Below are positions 57,201-64,000 of a DNA stretch of 64,000 bases, one piece after another (the first letter of the stretch is position 1; every line of letters starts with the position of its first letter). The notes below the pieces were generated by a model. That model had not been told where the DNA came from. It did no database searches and worked only from the letters and a program-made list of their open reading frames with translations. A program made the translations under genes and the position numbers. Source of the DNA: Sarea resinae (Eukaryota); assembly GCA_026026165.1 (NCBI GenBank), contig JAPEUD010000017.1, forward strand, positions 186,001 to 250,000. Direction: 5' to 3'.

Positions 57201-58415
57201 AAGCTTCTCCCGACGGTGCTAGTTCGAGGGCCATTATGAAAGAAGAGATGTTCGCTTGCCGTAGATTTACAGTGTTGGGATTCATGAGATCAACGACCTG
57301 TAGTTGGCCACTTTGTGAGGCCACGATACTCGTAGTGGACATCCTTGGATGCATACGAACAAAGGCGGCGCCGGCGTGGAATGGGATCGGTGGTAAAGGA
57401 CTGAGAGTTTTGAGGTCAAAAACATTGGCTAGTGGGTCAAGCATGTATGTCTGCTGAGGCCGGGCTGAGTATCCGCAAGTAACCAGAAAGTTGTTGCGCG
57501 CGTCCATGTCGTTAATAAAGGCAGCATGAGCCTGCCATTTCTTTATGACCCTGAAAGTAGTTGTATCGAGCATATCAACAGAGCCAGAGATGGTGGCCGC
57601 GCAAATGTAATGACCCCGCTTCATGATCGTATATTGATCTGCTGCAGGAACCTTTGCGAGTGTCAGCAAAAGGCGTTTGGTTTGGCTGATTTGATAACAT
57701 ACCTCTTCTATTATCCGACCCTTGTCGACATCGACTTTGAACATAGTGGATTGGCACCCACCCACCAGCAGCTCGGAAGTGCCCTTTGACGTATAACTCA
57801 TACACCGCAAGTCTTTCATTCCTTCATGTCTGTAAAGAGATAATTTAGTCTCAGGATGAACGGTATGGATCGTTGCGTGGATCGTACGTGATATGCCATT
57901 GGGAGATCCCCCTCCTGGAAGCCAGATGAATGCTTCTTGAAGCGACGGATATCACACCCTTATCGTGGAAGAGAAGTTGCTTGACCGGGCCCTCTGCGGA
58001 AGGATGAGCTCTGAATGAAGTGTATCTCTGCAGCTCCGGCCCGCAAAAGGACGTGACTCTTCCCTGAATGAAGCAGCTCTGGTCAGGCGACGTCCATGCG
58101 ATGGTAACAAGCCATGGGTAAGATCGGCAGACTCACATATTCGTTTCCCGCCCATAGGAGCTCCTGATGTGTGTCAAAGGCTAAGGTGCTTGCAGGTGTC
58201 GGTAGGGCATGAACGCCAGGCGGAGGGAGTGCCACACGGGTCACCTAGAGAAGTGTCCACATCAGCATCAAGTAAATGGGCCATGGGGCAATCAGCATCG
58301 GATCTGAGGGTCTGCAGCCATCGAGGGAGAGCGTTCAAGGGATCCCAGGGAGGGATTCGGATTCCTGGCGCGTCACGGCCTGAAGCTGACTTACCTCGTC
58401 CCAATCCGCTTCCAT
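54272..58415 (-). CDS. PAN2: PAN2-PAN3 deadenylase catalytic subunit Pan2 (WD40 - pseudo-USP - DEDD exonuclease)
   Basis: MEADWDE^[48 protein letters not shown] (pseudo-USP lacking the catalytic Cys), [23 protein letters not shown]. Confidence 0.96.
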
Positions 58416-59064
58416 GGTCAGCGACAAGGTAGGCCATCAACAGTCCCTCATTGCCAAGCTCTCTTGACGGTCTTCTGCCGTTCCACGAGCTTGAGAGGAA
58501 GCTTGCACCTATCTGTTCCACCTTGTTCCAGGATGGCGCGCGCACTCTACAGCGTTCTTCAGGGCTCCACAGGGCTCGACTACGATGTACTGTACCTACT
58601 CTAGAGTACTTCGTACCGGGCGGCGGCGCCTTCGCGTATGGGTCGTTTATCGATAGGACAATTGGAATCCAGCAGGAACTACCCACCTACCTACTACCAA
58701 CTACGAAAAGTTTGTCGTACGAAGTACCTGACATCCTCTGGCTGATACTTCTCTACGCCAAAGCACTGTAGATGACTCGAAATCACTCGATGCTTTCGGA
58801 CAAGATAGCTGAGGTTTCGGACCAACAGTTCATGATCATCCAGTCATTCAAGTTTTGATTTCATGGCCTATTTACATGAAATCTATCGCACTGAATATAC
58901 GATACAGGGATGTTTAGGAAAAGAAAGACATGTCAACGCTAACGTGGATGCGACAAAAGAAGGCCAGAACCTGCCGAGCTCGGCGCCGAAGTACCCATGA
59001 AACAAGTTTGTTGATCGGATCATAAGCTCTGGAACATGACGGTAGAGCCGCCGTCTGGAGCGAG

Positions 59065-61493
59065 CTACAGCTGGGGACCAGCCTTGATGACCTCTGGAGT
59101 AGCCTCGTCGGAGTATTTCTGGAAATTATCGTTGAAGAGACCTCCCAACTTAGTGACCTCCTCCTTGAAGTCAGCCTTACCGGTCCACGACTTCTTGGGG
59201 TTGAGCAGCTCGTCGGGAACGCCAGGGCAAGACTTTGGCACGTGGAGGTTGAAGGTGTCATAAGTCTCGTACTCGGCCTTGGCGAGCTCTCCGGAATGGA
59301 TGGCGTCCAGGATGGCGCGAGTGTACTTGAGCGGGCAACGCTTTCCTCCGGTGGTAGCGCCAGCGCCGACCCAGCCGGTGTTCAAGAGCCAGGCGTCCGC
59401 CTTATGCTCCGCAATCTTCTCCGCCAGCATCTTGGCATAACGCATGGGGTGGAGGGCCAGGAAAGGTTGGGCAAAGCACGAAGAAAATGTAGCTTGCGGC
59501 TCAGTGACACCATCCTCAGTTCCTGCCATCTTCGAGGTGTAGCCCGAGATGAAGTGGAACATGGTCTGCTCGGTGTTGAGCTTTGAGATTGGCGGCAGAA
59601 CACCACGAGCGTCGCAGGTAAGCAGGATGATATTCTTGGGGTGCTTTGTGCTGAGGCAGGGGATCTTGGCGTTATGGATGTACTCGATGGGGTATGCGCA
59701 TCGGGTGTTCTCCGTCAAGGTAGAATCGTCATAGTCGACATCACGAGTCTCAGGGTTGAAGACAACGTTCTCGAGGACGGAACCGAATTTGATTGCGCCG
59801 AAAATGTCAGGCTCCTTCTCGGCGGATAGACCGATACACTTGGCATAGCAGCCCCCTTCGATGTTGAATACACCCTTGTCACTCCAGCAGTGCTCATCAT
59901 CGCCAATGAGAGCACGCTTGGGGTCAGCTGAGAGAGTGGTCTTTCCAGTACCGGAAAGACCAAAGAAGACAGTAACATCACCATCCACACCCTCATTGGC
60001 AGAGGAGTGGAGAGTCAGGACGTTGTGCTTTACCGGCATCTCGTAGAAGAGAACCGTGAAGACACCCTTCTTCATCTCTCCAGCATATTCGGTACCGAGG
60101 ATGACCATCTCCTTCTCAGCAAAGTTAATAGCAACGGAGGTCGCAGAGGTCATGCCGGTAGTGAAGCGATTTGCGGGGAAAGAGCCAGCATTGTAGATAA
60201 CATAGTCGGGGTGGAAGTGCTCAAGCTCATCTTTCGTAGGACGGATAAGCATGTTGCGCATGAAAAGCGCGTGGTAAGCTCTGGCGCAAATGACGCGGAC
60301 ATTGATGCGATAACGCTCATCCCAACCGGCAAATCCATCGATAACGTAGATGCGGTTACGGGTGTTCAGGTAGTCGACAGCACGCTCTCTGTTGATTCGC
60401 CAGACCTATCGCGGAAATATACGTTAGCGATGCTGATCCCAATAGCGATGTATCTGATATCGACGGATGGAAAATGCACGTGATGATAGGGCTACCGGAA
60501 CGCGGCGGGACGTTTCGATCGTCGAAGGTCAGAAGCCGAGTGGGTAGAAAACGTAATTGGAGCGAGAAGCGAGGCGAAGGGAGTCAAACGCGGGGCAATG
60601 TGCAGAAGCGAGGATCAACCGGCGTGGCCAGAAGCCCACAAGCGAAACTTCCCCACATCCGACGAAACGATGACGTCTGTCAGACGGCCCAGCACCCGAT
60701 TTCTCATTCCCCGCACAACCAGCGCTGCTGGGGGGCGAAGGCGACAGCGACAAAGCTCCATTGAATGAGATGGTTTGATGGTGTTGATGATGGTGCATGG
60801 GAGAAATAGAAAAAAGAATGGGCAAGGCGTGTTCCAACTGAGCTGGCTTATACTAACATCTTGTGTCATTGGCTTGTTCACGGGTCCCCACCAGACATTC
60901 TTGTCGGAGCCTTCTTCCTTAACAATTCTCTTGTCAAGTGGTGAGCGTCCAGTCTTGGCGCCGGAGTATGCTGTAAGAGCTCCAGTTGAGGTGATGGCAG
61001 TTCCAGTCTCGTACACAAGTGCGTCTTCGTAGAGGGCAGCGACGGAAGGATTGGCAACCTAGCAGAGAGATGAGCGCCCGGTCTCCATGAAAGTCTGTTC
61101 TGGAATTCTTACGATAGCAACACGATCGTAGTCAATGTTTGCTCGCTCGTGAAGTTCCTCCTCGATCTCAGTGTGTTCCCGGGACGGTCTGTTTTGAAGA
61201 CGTCAGTCCAGGCCTTCATTGACTATTGACTACTTGCAAAGCACGAAGATCTTTGTCTTCTGAAGGATTGCGCTGGGAAATTCTCGAAGACAGGGTCAAG
61301 GGGTAACTCACTGCACACCCGTTGGGTGGAGAGCCGTCTTGTTCACGCTTCCGGCAACCATGTTTGTCAATGAAGTAGAATGATAATTGCTGTTTTGCTG
61401 TTTTGAAATTTGTTGTCTCGCAAAGTCTTCACTCAAGGGGCCTGGAGAGGTAGACCTGATAGGAGCCATGCTGTGGTTTATATGTCCGGCCAT
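59065..61493 (-). CDS. PCK1: Phosphoenolpyruvate carboxykinase (ATP); start codon ambiguous (61493, 61469 or 61361)
   Basis: [66 protein letters not shown]; strong codon bias. Confidence 0.97.
60496..60508 (-). promoter_or_regulatory. Candidate AcuK/AcuM-type site CCG-N7-CCG inside the long PCK1 intron
   Basis: Minus strand reads CCG CCGCGTT CCG. Confidence 0.4.
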
Positions 61494-62822
61494 GTTCTTG
61501 ACTCGGGTTGAGCTCGGCGAGGTGATGGCTAAGTGGAGGCGGTGATTTGGTCTGTTAGTGGAGAACCGTGCAGTACAACCGAGAGGCTGAGTTCCTAGTT
61601 CACCCGATGCGCCTCTCCTCCGACACACGTTCCAGGCCCTCCCGCACAGGGTACGAAAATGATCCGGCCACATACCAGACGAACCCCTCGATAAACCTCG
61701 ATATGAGGTAAACTGGTCGCCTCCTCCAGGGGTTGACGAATACTCCTCGAATCGTTCCCGATGATGTTGTGGGGCCTCAACGATGAGGCCCGATGCTCAC
61801 TGGAGCTTTTCGAGATGGAAGTCTCGGGGGCGATCCTTTTGCTACCTTGTTTCGCCTTTTTCTTTTCGTGAGCGTTTTCGGACTATTATTCTCACGGTCG
61901 ATCCGGTCTCAACCCCCCTCGGTCTCCACAGAAACGTTGCGGAATGGCAGGGGCGCTTACCCGCTAAGTAGCCGCACCCCGCAATTCGACAAAAGCCGAA
62001 GAACCTGATCCTGCTCGATGACGATTGAGTCGTGGACTGACGTTTCCTGTACAGTGTCATGTCGCGTGTGAGAAAAAGAAAGATTGTAATAATGATGATA
62101 GCATTAGGGGAGGTGGCTACAGAACCAAAAGCAGACCCGACCGTCAATAGAGGATGAAAGCGCACGTGAGAGGACAGCCCCTCTCAAAGCAGATAACCTA
62201 AATCCGAGTCACTGCAGAGTATAGATACATGCTGCTGTATGCGCTGCAGTACTGTGCCATAGGTAGAGAGTACCGTATGAGGTGCACAGAAGTTCCAGCA
62301 AGGTACGACATGTCGTGCATAATCCAATCGTTCTTCTTGGCTCTTCTTGGCCGCCACTCCCCACACTCCCTACTCTATTCTCAGCTGTACCTTGCTCTAC
62401 TCTAATGAGTAAGGTAAGCTACAGAGCTTACACACAACCGGGCTCGACCTGTGACCCGGTTACAGTAGAGTACTGTGTACTGTGATTAAATGATCTAAAT
62501 GTCATACCTCAATTCGTACGATGATGCATCATCCTGCCCCATGAGCCATCCTAATCTCAGGCAATTCACGGCCATTATCGGGTTGAATGTATTTCCGCTA
62601 GTGGTGAGAGATGAGATTAGTCTATCAGGGTGTATGATTATACCACTCGGCGGAGCGGCCGGGAAAACTATTGCAAGGATTACAACGGGTGGCCTAAAAT
62701 GCAAGGGTGCTCGGAAAAAAATACAGGTACTGTTTGAGAATGGCGCCCATACAGAACTAATATAGACGCTTTCTCAAATATCAACAATAAGACATCCTTA
62801 AGAAAATACCACGCTCCATGGT

Positions 62823-64000
62823 TCAACCCGTTTCGCCGTCACCATCCGATTGTTGCTGTCGAGTCTTCGGTCTGTGCAAAGAGCGACTCAGTGCCTGCTT
62901 GATCCGCTTCCCGCCCTGAAGATACAGCCATGAGCAGGCAAAGACGACCATAAAGTTGAAAATGCAGTAGGCGAAAACGATGCCATAATCTCGCCAAGCA
63001 TTGCGATAATAGACGTTGAAGCTGGCAGCCTGTATGGAAGACGGAATTAGCTATACATGATTTACCACACAAGGGCGTCATTAACTTACGAATTCATCTC
63101 CGTTGGCATACTGACAAAATTCGCACATTCCAGCCACCTCTTGAACATAACCTCCCGTGCTTTTGATGAAGCCCTGCGTGTATTGCTGACACGTCTGCCC
63201 GGAAGGTGGAGTGAAGCGTGAAAATTCATCAGAAGCACACTTCACGGGAACGCCATGGACAGCCACGCCCAGAAAGCCCTCGACTACCCAGTGGAAGGGC
63301 GAGAGCCAATACATCCATCTCCTCCAGAAGGTTGGTAAGGCTGCAAACGGGACGACCACACCACAGAATGCAATGACAAAGATAAAGAACATCGGGACTA
63401 AAATGGATGCTAGAACCTCATTTGGTGCAAATGAAGCGATTGCTTGACCCAAGCCGACGTAGTAGACCTCGAAAAGCATGAGGAGCATCCATGTGTAGCC
63501 TGCATTGTAGCTGTTCCGCGAGAAACCAACTCCCCAATACCAGCAGTTGAAGTACACAGATCCGGCAAAGATCGAATAAGGTAATTCAACCAGGACAGCT
63601 CCGATACAAAATGCCACCCATGAATAGATCTTCGACTTGGATTCCCTGGATTCGTAGATGTCTCGAAATTGGATGAACCTCGGCTGGAGTTGCTGAATGA
63701 GAGGAGGTGCGATAGTGAGCGTCATGAAAATCGAGAACAATCTATTTTGCATGTCGATTCGCCTTTCGCCGATCATCCAAAACGTAAAGGTATTGAACAG
63801 ACCAGTAACTATGTGCAGCATAACCTTGCCAATCATGTAAGGCGGCGTTCTCCAATAGGCTATGAATGAGCGCTTGACAACGGTCACAATTTGGGTTCCA
63901 ACAGGCATGGCGTATTCCCGATCGTCTTTTAGTGAACCCGATGCCGGCACTTCGCGCCGATCTTTGACCATCTGCTGGATTTCCTTGGTGCGATCTGCCA
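62823..64000 (-). CDS. PDR/ABCG-type ABC transporter, 3' part (TMD2); continues beyond the window
   Basis: REYAMP..Q..V.KRSFIAYWRTP.Y, YESRESKSKIYSW, LVELPY, FWRRWMYWLSPF, C..CQYANGDEF^, WRDYGI; TGA at 62823-62825. Confidence 0.93.

Noticed and set aside
58246..58394. Possible twin (nested) intron in PAN2 intron 1
   Set aside because: The internal CAG is not followed by a regenerated donor; it reads as an ordinary 149-nt GT-AG intron.
59020..59067. Cryptic peroxisomal targeting by stop-codon readthrough of PCK1 (GLO1 and the transhydrogenase also checked)
   Set aside because: The stop context is TAG CTC, not TGA CTA, and the extension ends in QSL, which is not a PTS1.

Overview
Gene-dense, intron-containing genomic DNA of a filamentous ascomycete (Pezizomycotina; species not determinable here). 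I can support 17 protein-coding genes: MFS transporter, CAP1 capping protein alpha, cytochrome b5, HSE1, STE20 PAK kinase, SCP160/vigilin, LAMTOR2/Ego3-like roadblock protein, GLO1, hydroxyacid-oxoacid transhydrogenase, Slm1-like BAR-PH protein, creD arrestin, creC WD40, GEM1/Miro, Tco89-like, PAN2, PCK1/acuF, and the 3' end of a PDR-type ABC transporter. A ~7.3 kb AT-rich island (3342-10697) is a nest of RIP-mutated Ty1/copia retrotransposons: two same-family copies abutting in opposite orientation, a third LTR, and a half-tRNA (Ty5/copia-type) primer-binding site. A glutathione peroxidase pseudogene fragment lies at its left edge, and a second RIP-type relic lies at ~23450-24028. I found no unambiguous novel system. 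The best leads are: a 9-mer TACGRAGTA found only between genes and upstream of eight of them; a 452-nt PCK1 intron carrying CreA-type and AcuK/AcuM-type sites; an out-of-frame uORF over the creC start; mutually complementary motifs in the 5' and 3' parts of the copia RNA; and co-location of carbon-catabolite and TOR genes. Exon borders were placed by eye and may be off by a few bases.
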